From an uncultured Planctomycetia bacterium (GTDB taxonomy: Bacteria; Omnitrophota; Gorgyraeia; Duberdicusellales; 4484-171), in assembly GCA_964489445.1 (NCBI GenBank), contig CAZAYU010000004.1, positions 189 through 64,188 of the forward strand: 64,000 nucleotides of DNA. Reading direction: 5' to 3'. The first letter of the stretch is position 1, and each line of letters begins with the position of its first letter. Made by a program: the position numbers and the translations under genes. Of the stretch, positions 41,243 to 51,016 are shown one piece after another. The notes under the pieces are model-generated. The model had not been told where the DNA came from. It saw only the letters and a program-made list of their open reading frames with translations, and did not search any database.

Positions 41243-42243
41243 AGTGTTCTCTTTCTTTCAAAGATAAATGACTCCAGCAGAAGAATTAACAAAGCAACAG
41301 CTAACGGTATTTGGAACCGTTCATCATAGCGCTTTCTCATTTTTCCTTCAAAATCTTTTTTCTCCATTTTTGAAAGCTTTTCTTCATAAATCAAATCTAG
41401 CCCGAATTCTGCCCCGGCAGCTTTAACATACCCGCCTCCGGTGATTAATCCTACTTCCTGCAATACAGTCTCTCCTAACCGAGACTTAACAAAGTTACCC
41501 TGTCTATCTCTTAAGAATAAATTTTTCCCCTGATTATCAGGAACCGGTATCAGCTCTCCTTCTTTTGTGCCTATCCCGATGCAAAATATTTTTACACCCT
41601 CTTTTTTAGCTTGTTTAGCAGCATTAATAACTTTGCCTTTGTGATCCTCCCCATCAGTAATAATTATTAGTATTTTATATTTGTTTAGTCCACCTTCATA
41701 ACTTTTTAACGCTTCAAAAATAGCGCTAGAAACAGAAGTTCCCCCTTTAGGGATAGTATTTACTCCGAGACCATCCAAAGAAATCATAAATCCGCTGTAA
41801 TCAAGAGTCAGGGGACACTGTAAAAATGCTTTTCCGGCAAAAGCAATCAATCCGATTCTATCGCCTTTTAATTTCTTGATTAAATCTTTAACTGCCAATT
41901 TTGAACGATTCAATCTGTTAGGCTTAACATCTTCAGCCAACATACTCTTAGAAGTGTCTACTGCTATTAGGATATCGAGACCTTTACGCTTAACCTCTTC
42001 CCACTGAAATCCCCACTGCGGCCGCATTAAAGCAAATAAACAAAAAAACACCGAAAGGTTAAATAAAATTAATTTTACTTTTCTTTTATTGTTATCTAAC
42101 GAAAAACTTAAATCATTTAAAAGATTACTCTCGGCAAATTTATTTAGCATTTTTTTTCTGTTTCGAAAAGATAAAAAGCAGAAAAAAATCAATAACGCTA
42201 AAAGCCAAAACAAATAACCCGCATAAACATTAGCAAATCTCAT
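41239..42243 (-). CDS. batB: BatB-like VWA membrane protein
   Basis: RPQWG, MIDAS DTSKSM, PLTLD, TDGED. Confidence 0.85.
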   Translation of the reverse strand: MRFANVYAGYLFWLLALLIFFCFLSFRNRKKMLNKFAESNLLNDLSFSLDNNKRKVKLILFNLSVFFCLFALMRPQWGFQWEEVKRKGLDILIAVDTSKSMLAEDVKPNRLNRSKLAVKDLIKKLKGDRIGLIAFAGKAFLQCPLTLDYSGFMISLDGLGVNTIPKGGTSVSSAIFEALKSYEGGLNKYKILIIITDGEDHKGKVINAAKQAKKEGVKIFCIGIGTKEGELIPVPDNQGKNLFLRDRQGNFVKSRLGETVLQEVGLITGGGYVKAAGAEFGLDLIYEEKLSKMEKKDFEGKMRKRYDERFQIPLAVALLILLLESFIFERKRTL

Positions 42244-42283
42244 ATTTCTTATTTAATCACTAAACACCCTTAACCATACTTAA

Positions 42284-43282
42284 TTAAGGATTAACTCGTA
42301 AAATCGTATTCATTAAAACAAATTCTAAGAAAAGTAAAAACAACGCCGAAAATAAAAAATAAAAAAATAACTCATGGTAATCTGAATACCCTTTCTCTTC
42401 TACAGAAGTAGTTTCCAGCTTATCAATCTCCTGGTAAATTTTTCGCAAAGACTCAGTATCCGTAGCTAAATAATATTTAGCATCTGTTATTTGCGCAATT
42501 TCCTTAAGTATTTTTTCGTCAATTTTTATTTCCACCTGTTGATAGCCTTTATTACCGAAACGATCTCTGACTGGATAAGGTACCGGTCCTTGTGTTCCTA
42601 CCCCAATAGTATAGACTTTAATTCCTAATGCCCCTGCCGCATCTGCAGCAGTAATCGGAGAAATTTTTCCGGCATTATTGGCACCGTCGGTAAGCAAGAT
42701 AACTGCCTTTCCTTTAGCTTGTGTGTCTTCTAAACGGTTTAAGCTGCAAACTATTCCCGAACCAATTGCCGTCCCATCATCTTCCATCATTCCGGATTCA
42801 ACTCTTTCAAGATTTTTTATAAGCCAGCTGTAATCAAGAGTTAACGGACAAATAGTATACGCTCTTCCGGCAAACGCAACTATCCCAATTCTATCACTTC
42901 TTCTCTCTTCAATAAAATTCTCTACCACATTTTTAACTACTGTTATCCTATCCGCTATCTTTCCTTTAAGTTTAAAATCACAAGCAAGCATGCTTGTTGA
43001 ACAATCTATCGCCAGCACAATGTCTATTCCTTCACTTTGAACCTTTGTGTCTTCTATCGGAGTTTGCAATCGGCTTAAAGCAAACACTAACAAACAACAA
43101 GAAATAACCCTTAAAAATATTAAATTTTTTCTTAATTTTACTTTAAAAGAAAACTGAATATTTTCAAAAAACCTTGTAGAAGAAAAACGAATTCCAGGAT
43201 ATTTATTGCGTTTATTGTTGTAAAGCAACAAAACAATTACTAATGGAATTAATAATAAAAAAAATGGATTACGGAAAATCAT
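42284..43282 (-). CDS. batA: BatA-like VWA membrane protein
   Basis: MIDAS DCSTSM, GTAIG, LLTDG.NN.G, KVYTIGVG. Confidence 0.87.
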   Translation of the reverse strand: MIFRNPFFLLLIPLVIVLLLYNNKRNKYPGIRFSSTRFFENIQFSFKVKLRKNLIFLRVISCCLLVFALSRLQTPIEDTKVQSEGIDIVLAIDCSTSMLACDFKLKGKIADRITVVKNVVENFIEERRSDRIGIVAFAGRAYTICPLTLDYSWLIKNLERVESGMMEDDGTAIGSGIVCSLNRLEDTQAKGKAVILLTDGANNAGKISPITAADAAGALGIKVYTIGVGTQGPVPYPVRDRFGNKGYQQVEIKIDEKILKEIAQITDAKYYLATDTESLRKIYQEIDKLETTSVEEKGYSDYHELFFYFLFSALFLLFLEFVLMNTILRVNP

Positions 43283-44232
43283 TGTTTATTCTCTTTAGTT
43301 TGCTCTACTAATCTCACCGCCGACTCAAAGCTAGCACCCATTTCATTGACAGATGGGCCATATTTAGCAAATTTTACCAAATCACAATGGATTAAGAACT
43401 CACGCAAAAGTTTTTTGTGTTCGCCTGATAGTTTGTCAGAATTTTCTGCCGTAAACAAAAATTCTTCCGTGGTCATCTCTGGAGCTTTAAAACTAAACCG
43501 ATTCTCTAAATAGCATCTGGCAATTGACGAAAGCTCTTCGTAGTATTCTTTAATTTTTCCTTTGTTAATATAATCCTTTTGCTTTAACAATTCTAACTCT
43601 TCATAAGCTATTAAATGAGCTGGTCTAGCCATAACAACTTCTTTGCATGCTATTTGTTTCTTTCGAGAAACAATCCTCCAAATAGCTAAACCAACAATCA
43701 CTAACCCCAGCAATAACAAAATATAAACCCATCTACCCAGCGGTAAGCTAACCGGGCCTTTGATGTCGGAAATATTATCTACTTTCTCATCTTTATCCAG
43801 CAAGCTTTGTATTTCTACCTCTAATTCATTTGTTTCTATTTCCTGATACTGACTGTCTTGTTTTGTTTTATACTTTATTACTACCGAAGGAATTACAAAT
43901 TCACCAATCTCGTAATTTACTAATAAATACCACTGGGTGATATCTTTCTTCCCGAAAAAATCTCGCTTTTTTAATCCAGAATCTTCAACTTTGAAGTCTC
44001 CTAAGCTTTTGGGAATATCCGGCAATTGAATTTCTGTGTTGCTTTTAGTTTGAACGGATATCTGATATTTTATTTTATCTCCGACATAAAAAATATTTTT
44101 TCCACCACTGATTTCTACACTAACAACTGGCTGTTCATTAATATCGATTCCTGCCCAGCAAAAATATTGCCCTAATAGGATGAATGAAACAATAAAAAAT
44201 ATTCTTGAAACCATATTCTTTTTCATTTTCAC
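43279..44232 (-). CDS. Bat-operon membrane protein (Ig-like domain + TM)
   Basis: Signal, DIKGP, TM, YLENRF...EMTTEE, DLVKFAK; typical slot between DUF58 and batA. Confidence 0.75.
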   Translation of the reverse strand: MKMKKNMVSRIFFIVSFILLGQYFCWAGIDINEQPVVSVEISGGKNIFYVGDKIKYQISVQTKSNTEIQLPDIPKSLGDFKVEDSGLKKRDFFGKKDITQWYLLVNYEIGEFVIPSVVIKYKTKQDSQYQEIETNELEVEIQSLLDKDEKVDNISDIKGPVSLPLGRWVYILLLLGLVIVGLAIWRIVSRKKQIACKEVVMARPAHLIAYEELELLKQKDYINKGKIKEYYEELSSIARCYLENRFSFKAPEMTTEEFLFTAENSDKLSGEHKKLLREFLIHCDLVKFAKYGPSVNEMGASFESAVRLVEQTKENKQ

Positions 44233-44234
44233 AA

Positions 44235-45113
44235 TTACCTCATCCTTCTTTCTCGCATCTTAAAAAACATTACCAGCTCTTTAGTGTAAGAAGAATCTGT
44301 ACGCACATCGATACTATCAATGCTTACAGAACTAAGCAATTTTTTGCGTTGGCTAAACTTTAATAGTGCATCATCACTAAATTTTTTCCTAACAGATTTG
44401 CTAGAAGTATCAATAAAGTAGCTTTTACCGCCTTCGGAATCATCAAACTTAACTATTCCGATATTCGGTAAATTTATTTCTTTAGGGTCAGTTATTGTTA
44501 TTGCTATGATATCATGACGTTTGTTAGAGACAGATAAAGACTTCTTAAGATCAGGAGCATAAAAGTCAGAAATAATAAATACGACAGCTTTCCGCTTAAT
44601 AACTCTGTTTAAATATTCAATAGCCTTAGGGATGTCTGTTCCTTTACCTTCCGGTTTAAAGTATAAAGCCTCCCGGACAACCCGTAAAACATGCTGAACT
44701 CCTTTTCGCGAAGGAATAAATTTTTCAATTCTGTCGGTAAACGCGATTAATCCTACTTTGTCATTATTCTTAATCGCTGAGAATGCTAAAACTGAAGAAA
44801 TCTCTGCGGCCAATTGTGCTTTTAAGTTATTTACTGTCCCAAAATAAGAAGAACCGGACATATCCAAAAGAATCATGACTGTTAACTCTCTTTCTTCAGT
44901 AAACTTTTTTACATAAGGATGGCCCATTCGTGCAGTTACATTCCAATCTATCGAACGAATCTCGTCACCTGGCTGATACTGTCGAACTTCATCAAATTCC
45001 ATTCCCTGCCCCTTAAACACACTTTGATATTGGCCGGCAAAAACATCAGTAACCATCCTAGAGGTATTTATTTGAATCCGACGAATTTTTTTAAGTACTT
45101 CTTTAGGAATCAT
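44235..45113 (-). CDS. DUF58 protein (MoxR-associated, VWA-like)
   Basis: GMEFDEVRQYQPGD, IDWNVTAR, ISDF. Confidence 0.92.
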   Translation of the reverse strand: MIPKEVLKKIRRIQINTSRMVTDVFAGQYQSVFKGQGMEFDEVRQYQPGDEIRSIDWNVTARMGHPYVKKFTEERELTVMILLDMSGSSYFGTVNNLKAQLAAEISSVLAFSAIKNNDKVGLIAFTDRIEKFIPSRKGVQHVLRVVREALYFKPEGKGTDIPKAIEYLNRVIKRKAVVFIISDFYAPDLKKSLSVSNKRHDIIAITITDPKEINLPNIGIVKFDDSEGGKSYFIDTSSKSVRKKFSDDALLKFSQRKKLLSSVSIDSIDVRTDSSYTKELVMFFKMRERRMR

Positions 45114-45235
45114 TTTGCTTCCTTCTTGAGCTTATCTTGTTAACTTACGCTATCTGTTTATAAAATAATGTTTTGCACGCTACATAATTTTTTCTAATTA
45201 CACTCTTTCTACTCTCTGCTTTTTCAATAGACTAC

Positions 45236-46228
45236 TTACGGCACCTCTACTTCTTCAAAGACTCTTTTAACTATATCTTCAGAAGTTTTTTCTTCAGCCT
45301 CTGCTTCATAGCTTACAATAACTCGATGTCTTAAAATATCCGGTCCAATAGATTTAACATCCTGCGGAGTAACATATCCTCTTCCTTTAATAAAAGCATG
45401 CGCCTTAGCAGCAAGAGTTAAACATATTGTTGCACGAGGAGAAGCTCCATATTGAATGAATCCAGATAAATCCTTCATGTTATAATTTTGCGGTTCTCTA
45501 GTAGCAAACACGATATCTAATATATACTTTTCAATCTTTTCATCCATATATATTTCGTCTACTACCCCTCTAGCCTTAATTATATCTTCTGGTCCGACCA
45601 CCGGATTAACTGTTATTTTCTTGTCGGTAAAGCTCATTCTTTTCAGAATCTGAGCCTCTTCTTTAATGTTCGGATAAGTAACATTTATTTTTAACATAAA
45701 CCTGTCAACCTGAGCTTCTGGCAATGAATAAGTACCTTCCTGCTCTATCGGATTCTGAGTCGCCATAACCAAGAATGGATTACCCAGCGGAAAAGTATTC
45801 TCACTAATTGTAACCTGCCTTTCTTGCATTGCTTCCAATAAAGCACTTTGAACCTTAGCCGGAGCACGATTTATTTCATCAGCAAGGATAATATTGGAGA
45901 ATATCGGACCTTTTTTAGTAACAAAAGACCCCTCTTTGGGATTATAAATTAGTGTACCTAAAATATCAGCCGGAAGTAAGTCGGGAGTAAACTGTATTCT
46001 TTGAAATTTTGTGTTAATCGCTTGGGCCAGAGTCTTAATAAATAATGTTTTTGCTAAGCCAGGTACTCCTTCTACTAAAATATGGCCATTAGCTAATAAC
46101 CCGACTAAGAACCTTTCGATTAAATAATCCTGCCCGATGATTACCTTTTTTATCTCTGTAATCAAATTTTCTACAAAAACACTTTCTTGTTTAACTTTCT
46201 CATTTATCGCAGTTATTCCTGTATCCAT
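45236..46228 (-). CDS. moxR: MoxR-family AAA+ ATPase
   Basis: GVPGLAKT, RIQFTPDLLP, DEINRA, ATQNPIEQEGT, GASPRA. Confidence 0.95.
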   Translation of the reverse strand: MDTGITAINEKVKQESVFVENLITEIKKVIIGQDYLIERFLVGLLANGHILVEGVPGLAKTLFIKTLAQAINTKFQRIQFTPDLLPADILGTLIYNPKEGSFVTKKGPIFSNIILADEINRAPAKVQSALLEAMQERQVTISENTFPLGNPFLVMATQNPIEQEGTYSLPEAQVDRFMLKINVTYPNIKEEAQILKRMSFTDKKITVNPVVGPEDIIKARGVVDEIYMDEKIEKYILDIVFATREPQNYNMKDLSGFIQYGASPRATICLTLAAKAHAFIKGRGYVTPQDVKSIGPDILRHRVIVSYEAEAEEKTSEDIVKRVFEEVEVP

Positions 46229-46256
46229 CGTTCCCTCCTTTAAATATTATGTGTAC

Positions 46257-46274
46257 AGTTAAAATATTTTAACT
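46257..46274. promoter_or_regulatory. Perfect 18-bp palindrome upstream of moxR (candidate operator)
   Basis: AGTTAAAATATTTTAACT equals its own reverse complement; AT-rich, so chance is possible. Confidence 0.35.
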
Positions 46275-46318
46275 TTTACAATATTTTTTCTCATTAATAA
46301 CATTTGGTAACTAGATTA

Positions 46319-48694
46319 CTAACTGGAAAGTAGTTTTTTAACCTTTTTTGTTATCGTGAGAATATTTTTTTCCTCTTTTCTATTGTATTCTACTTTATCC
46401 ATTAGTTTACGAACAAGATATATTCCCAGCCCCCCTATCTTTCTTTCTTCCAAAGGCTTGTTAATATCCGGCTCAGGAGCCATAAGCGGATTAAAAGGGC
46501 TGGCATCGTCGGTAACTTCAATAGTCAGTTCTCCTTTGGCTAAAACAAAATTAATAATAACCCAATGTCTTTGAGAATTATCATAACCATAAGTAATAAT
46601 ATTACTCACCACTTCTTCTAGCGCTAGATTAATGTCGTTTGTATCTTCATTTGACAAATCATTTTTTTTGCTGAATACGGAGACAATCTTAGCTAAAGTT
46701 TGAATTTCGGAAAGATCATTCTTTAAAGCAAATTTTCTTTTATTTATTTCTTCAACTATATTTTTTGTAGAACAAAAATATTTTAAAACCATAATTGTAA
46801 TATCATCTGATTGATCTATTCCTTTGGAGTAGTTTCTTACTTCCTTTAATGTCTTTTTTACTAATTTTTCAGCAGAATCATCCCTGTGAATATAAACAAG
46901 ATCTCTTAATCTTTCTTCAGAAAACTGTTCCCCGTTTTCGTTAAAAGCTTCGTTAACGCCATCGGTATATAGATAAATCACATCGTCAGGCATTAATGTT
47001 AACTTTCCTTTACCAAAGGCAGCGCCCTCAATTACTCCAACAACAGTGCCTCCTGTTCCTTTAATAAATTTAACTTCTCCGTTTCGACGAATAATTAAAG
47101 GCGGATTATGGCCAGCATTTGCATAATTTACTTCACCGTTTTCTGTATTAAGGATACCGCAAAAAACAGTAATAAACATACAAGAATCATTTTCAGCGAA
47201 AATTTCTTTATTTACTCTTTCTAGAATTTTCTGTGGTGCAATCGTTTCTGAAGCAATTGTTTTAATTAATGTTTTAACCACCGCCATAAAAAGCGCCGCT
47301 GGTACTCCTTTTCCAGAAACATCCCCAATCACAAAACAAAGATGCTTACTATCAACAAAAAAGAAATCATATAAATCTCCGCCAACTTCTTTTGCTGGAG
47401 CTAATACAGCATAAATATCAAATTCAGATCTTTGGGGAAAAGGCGGAAATAGTTTGGGAACAATTCCCATTTGAATATTATGAGCAATCCGTAACTCACT
47501 TTCCATTCGTTCTTTGATCACCGTTGTTTCTTTTAATTTTTTGATATATTTTTTTAGGGCTTCACGCATATAGACAAATGAGTTAGTAAGCTTTCCGACC
47601 TCATCATTGGTTTTAACTGTTGAAAAACTAAAATCCAAATTTCCTTTAGCAATATCCTTAGTCCTTCGCGCTAGCATTCTTAAAGGCTTGGTAATTGTGC
47701 CGGATATTAGAACAACAACAATTAATAAAAATAAGAATCCTAAAATACCTAACGCGAATACACTCTTATTTAAATTAATAATATCCAACATTAATTCATC
47801 TTGTGGAAAAAGCACTCCCAAGGACCAACCGCTAGAAGGAATAGGTTCATAAGCCATCCAACATTTCTTCCCAGTAACAATACTTTCAAAAGGAACAAAA
47901 CCAGAACCGCCGTTAATCATTTTTTTTCCTATATACCGAAGATTATCATCGCTGCGTGATTCAGCTACACTAAATATAGTTTCGTGCATAATTAGATCTT
48001 TATAAGGGTGAGTAACAATTATTCCGTTATCGGAAATTAGAAAACCATATCCCGTATCAGCTATCTTAATCGATGAAACAATATTTTGAAGCCAAGATAA
48101 AGAAACATCGGCAGTAACCACCCCCTCAAATACCCTTTCCCCGTTAACGTTACGATAGAAGGGAACCGAATAAGTGGACATTATAATATTACCCCCTCCC
48201 TCATCGTAATAGGGAGCACTCCAACCAGGCTTTTGCAGCTCTTTAGGCATTTGATACCAATCTCGATAAAAATAATTATAGTCATCGTTACCTAAATAAG
48301 TAAATTTTATATCACCATCATTCTTGTAGAAATAAGGAGCGAAATATACCAAATTTTTATCAAAAAAATTAGGCTCAAAAGCAATTGCCCCTCCATAAAT
48401 TTCCGGATTATTTTTAATCGCCAAGCGTAATAAGCTAAGCAGCTCATTTTTCTTGTAAGAAAATTTCTCCAAAGAAAAAGCTAAACTTTGCGGAACTTTT
48501 TCGATAGGCCGTAATACAGTTTCAATTTTATTTACTGTTAATAAAGCCAAATTTTCGGCATTTTCTTTAATTTGCCGAACAATAATCCGACGAGAAAAGG
48601 AATAATTATACCCAAATACAATTAAAAAAATAAACGTAGAACTGCATAAAATAGAAAAAACTAACTTAAAAGCTATTCCTTTATTTTTAATCAT
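46319..48694 (-). CDS. Membrane sensor: Cache-HAMP-PP2C (SpoIIE/RsbU) phosphatase fused to RsbW-like HATPase kinase
   Basis: Two TMs around Cache (DWY, WSAPYYD, DV), HAMP (DEVGKL), PP2C (GGDLYD, GDVSGKG, YTDG, DDIT), kinase (EEVVSNII, DDASPFNP, GGLGIYL). Confidence 0.9.
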   Translation of the reverse strand: MIKNKGIAFKLVFSILCSSTFIFLIVFGYNYSFSRRIIVRQIKENAENLALLTVNKIETVLRPIEKVPQSLAFSLEKFSYKKNELLSLLRLAIKNNPEIYGGAIAFEPNFFDKNLVYFAPYFYKNDGDIKFTYLGNDDYNYFYRDWYQMPKELQKPGWSAPYYDEGGGNIIMSTYSVPFYRNVNGERVFEGVVTADVSLSWLQNIVSSIKIADTGYGFLISDNGIIVTHPYKDLIMHETIFSVAESRSDDNLRYIGKKMINGGSGFVPFESIVTGKKCWMAYEPIPSSGWSLGVLFPQDELMLDIINLNKSVFALGILGFLFLLIVVVLISGTITKPLRMLARRTKDIAKGNLDFSFSTVKTNDEVGKLTNSFVYMREALKKYIKKLKETTVIKERMESELRIAHNIQMGIVPKLFPPFPQRSEFDIYAVLAPAKEVGGDLYDFFFVDSKHLCFVIGDVSGKGVPAALFMAVVKTLIKTIASETIAPQKILERVNKEIFAENDSCMFITVFCGILNTENGEVNYANAGHNPPLIIRRNGEVKFIKGTGGTVVGVIEGAAFGKGKLTLMPDDVIYLYTDGVNEAFNENGEQFSEERLRDLVYIHRDDSAEKLVKKTLKEVRNYSKGIDQSDDITIMVLKYFCSTKNIVEEINKRKFALKNDLSEIQTLAKIVSVFSKKNDLSNEDTNDINLALEEVVSNIITYGYDNSQRHWVIINFVLAKGELTIEVTDDASPFNPLMAPEPDINKPLEERKIGGLGIYLVRKLMDKVEYNRKEEKNILTITKKVKKLLSS

Positions 48695-49700
48695 TACTTA
48701 CACAATTTTTATAAAAATTATTAAACTCCGGAATTGCACTAATCATTTTAGCTTTTTTTAGCTCTTCTCCTACTCGTAAATAATCTCCGGGTGAGAGCTT
48801 ACCGGAAATTTTATTTTGTCCGCTAGTCATTATCAAGTCTTCCATTCTTCCCAGCATCCACTTTTGATGGACTCTATTCGCCGGCATATTAGCTGCTTTT
48901 ATGTACTTTAAAACTATATCTAAGGCTTCATCCTGATGAGCAAAGGCATACTCCCATCCTTTGATTGTAGCCATAACAAAAGAGCAGCAAAGACGAGGAT
49001 TACTTAAAAATGTTTCTTTTACCGTATAAATTCCATCTTCAGGAAAGCTTAAGCCGTACTCAGAAAAAAAGAATGTCGTTAACTCTTCCGGGTCGTAACC
49101 AGAATTCAATATGGTATGATATTCGTTGTACCACATGGCTGAAGCCACATCAATGCCTCCACGCAAAAACAAATTTACAGAATATGTCTGAGGAACAATT
49201 GTTACTTTAAGGTTATATTTTTCAATAAAACTTAGTGCCTGCATTTGAGAAATTCCTGTCCAAACTCCTACTTTTTTATTATTAATATCTTCTATTTTTT
49301 TAATACCGCTTGATTTTTTTGCCACCAGCATAAACGCTGACTTCTGCATTATCTGAGCAATATTAACCAATTCTAACCCTTTAGCATGAGCCTGTATTGC
49401 TGTATTTAAGCTTAGATTGATAAAATCAACTTTACCCTGTTTTAAAAAATCACAAGGGGAACACTGAGGACCTCCGGTTGCAATATCAAGCTCTATTCCG
49501 TAATCCCGATAGAATCCTTTTTCATAGGCTACATAGTATCCGGCAAATTGAGCCTGAGGGACCCACTGAGCAACAAACGAACTTTTTTCAAGATTCTTCG
49601 AGCTATTTTGAGCTTCAACTGGAGACAATAATATAAAGCGGATAAAAAAAAGATATGCGACTATACTTAAGAAAACTTTTTGGTTAGACTTAAACACCAT
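48687..49700 (-). CDS. NMT1/THI5-like periplasmic substrate-binding protein
   Basis: Signal peptide, QWVPQAQFAGYYVA..KGFY...G motif, YNE. Confidence 0.87.
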   Translation of the reverse strand: MVFKSNQKVFLSIVAYLFFIRFILLSPVEAQNSSKNLEKSSFVAQWVPQAQFAGYYVAYEKGFYRDYGIELDIATGGPQCSPCDFLKQGKVDFINLSLNTAIQAHAKGLELVNIAQIMQKSAFMLVAKKSSGIKKIEDINNKKVGVWTGISQMQALSFIEKYNLKVTIVPQTYSVNLFLRGGIDVASAMWYNEYHTILNSGYDPEELTTFFFSEYGLSFPEDGIYTVKETFLSNPRLCCSFVMATIKGWEYAFAHQDEALDIVLKYIKAANMPANRVHQKWMLGRMEDLIMTSGQNKISGKLSPGDYLRVGEELKKAKMISAIPEFNNFYKNCVSND

Positions 49701-49823
49701 TGATTTTGTTTCTTTACAAGCTAGTGATGAATAGTAAATGTTTTCTTAGCTGTTCCCTAACAAATACTCTGTGAATTAATGCACTATTTTCTGTAAAAAT
49801 AAATGACCAATAATATTTATTTT

Positions 49824-50153
49824 TTATGTAGCGTCCTTCAACGCCTCCTCTTCTGATGAAGATATTTGGAATAATTTAACAAGTCCTGCTGTTTCAAAAA
49901 CTTCCAACACGCGCTCTTTAAGAGAAAACAATATTAATTTTCCAGAAACTTGTTTCACCCTCTTGGCAGCAAGCAGAAAAACTCTTAAACCCGCACTTGA
50001 TACATAATCGGTTTGAGAAAAATCACAGATAATCTTTTTATTTCCTTCTTCAACTAGACCAATAAGTAAATTTTCTGTCTCTTTCGCTGAAGAAGCATCA
50101 ATCTTACTGTCAACAATCATTATTTTTATATCGTTTACTGTTCTTATTCCCAT
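49824..50153 (-). CDS. STAS-domain anti-sigma factor antagonist (RsbV/SpoIIAA-like)
   Basis: DFSQTDYVSSAGLRV phosphoacceptor motif, VFETAG. Confidence 0.92.
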   Translation of the reverse strand: MGIRTVNDIKIMIVDSKIDASSAKETENLLIGLVEEGNKKIICDFSQTDYVSSAGLRVFLLAAKRVKQVSGKLILFSLKERVLEVFETAGLVKLFQISSSEEEALKDAT

Positions 50154-50159
50154 AATTCA

Positions 50160-50169
50160 CCCCCCCCCC
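50160..50169 (-). repeat. G10 homopolymer in RBS position
   Basis: Ten C on plus strand; minus strand GGGGGGGGGG-TGAATT-ATG. Confidence 0.8.
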
Positions 50170-50185
50170 GGATTAAATTCACGCT

Positions 50186-50557
50186 TTATTCACTTATTTC
50201 TTTTTTTTGCATTTTATCAAGATAATCATCCAATTCCTCAATACTTGAAAAAATTTCCTGAATCGGTAAAGCATTGACAATATCAAAAACTTTCTTTATC
50301 GAAGAAGAAAGATTTACCATATACATATTCCCTTTGTTTTGCTTAAGATTCTTTTTAGTTTTAAAAATAACTCTCAATCCCGCACTGCTAATATAATTAA
50401 CCCTATCCATATCCAAAATAATAACCTCTGGGCGGTTTTTTAATATTGAATCGACTTCTTTTTCCAAGATCATATAGGTATTAGAATCAACAGTGCCAGA
50501 CAATGAAATAATAAATGTGCCTTGTCGTTTTTCATCTGTAACAACACTTAAAGGCAT
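50186..50557 (-). CDS. STAS-domain anti-sigma factor antagonist
   Basis: LDMDRVNYISSAGLRV; SD AAGGAGG. Confidence 0.92.
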   Translation of the reverse strand: MPLSVVTDEKRQGTFIISLSGTVDSNTYMILEKEVDSILKNRPEVIILDMDRVNYISSAGLRVIFKTKKNLKQNKGNMYMVNLSSSIKKVFDIVNALPIQEIFSSIEELDDYLDKMQKKEISE

Positions 50558-50659
50558 TATTTCCTCCTTGTTATTCTATTATCGTTAATTATCATTGTAA
50601 AAATTAGGTAAAAACAAACCCTAAATACTTTAAAAACATAATCCTAAGACTTAATTTTT

Positions 50660-50688
50660 AAGATATCACAGTTGTTAAAGATAGTCAA
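50660..50688 (-). promoter_or_regulatory. sigma70-type promoter of the STAS-STAS-SBP-sensor unit
   Basis: TTGACT-17 nt-TATCTT with extended TGn. Confidence 0.55.
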
Positions 50689-50858
50689 GAATCTACCTAT
50701 TAATTTAATCAAAATGATGGTTCTGACAAAGAGAAAAGGTGTTAGCACCTACAACCATTTAATCACAAAAAAATGTATAAATATGCATAAACAGTCCTTC
50801 CAGCCAGAAAAGATTCCGTTTCAAAAGAAGCGAGAAAACTATCTACTTCCGTTTAAAA

Positions 50859-50933
50859 TGGTTGCCCCGCCTAGACTCGAACTAGGAATAACTGATCCAG
50901 AATCAGTCGTGTTACCAATTACACTACGGGGCA
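50859..50933 (-). tRNA. tRNA-Gln(CTG), CCA encoded
   Basis: TGCCCCG.../CGGGGCA-ACCA, anticodon arm ACTGA-TT CTG GA-TCAGT, T loop TTCGAGT. Confidence 0.96.
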
Positions 50934-50943
50934 ATTGGCTATT

Positions 50944-50972
50944 ATTGTAGTATTTTCAATGGGTTCTGGCAA
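50944..50972 (-). promoter_or_regulatory. tRNA-Gln promoter
   Basis: TTGCCA-17 nt-TACAAT. Confidence 0.7.
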
Positions 50973-51016
50973 GTATTTTCCTAAATTAAGGATTAGATTA
51001 TTTCGAGAGTATAAAT

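Noticed and set aside
50672-50950. 92-aa plus-strand ORF
   Set aside because: Runs antisense through tRNA-Gln and a promoter.
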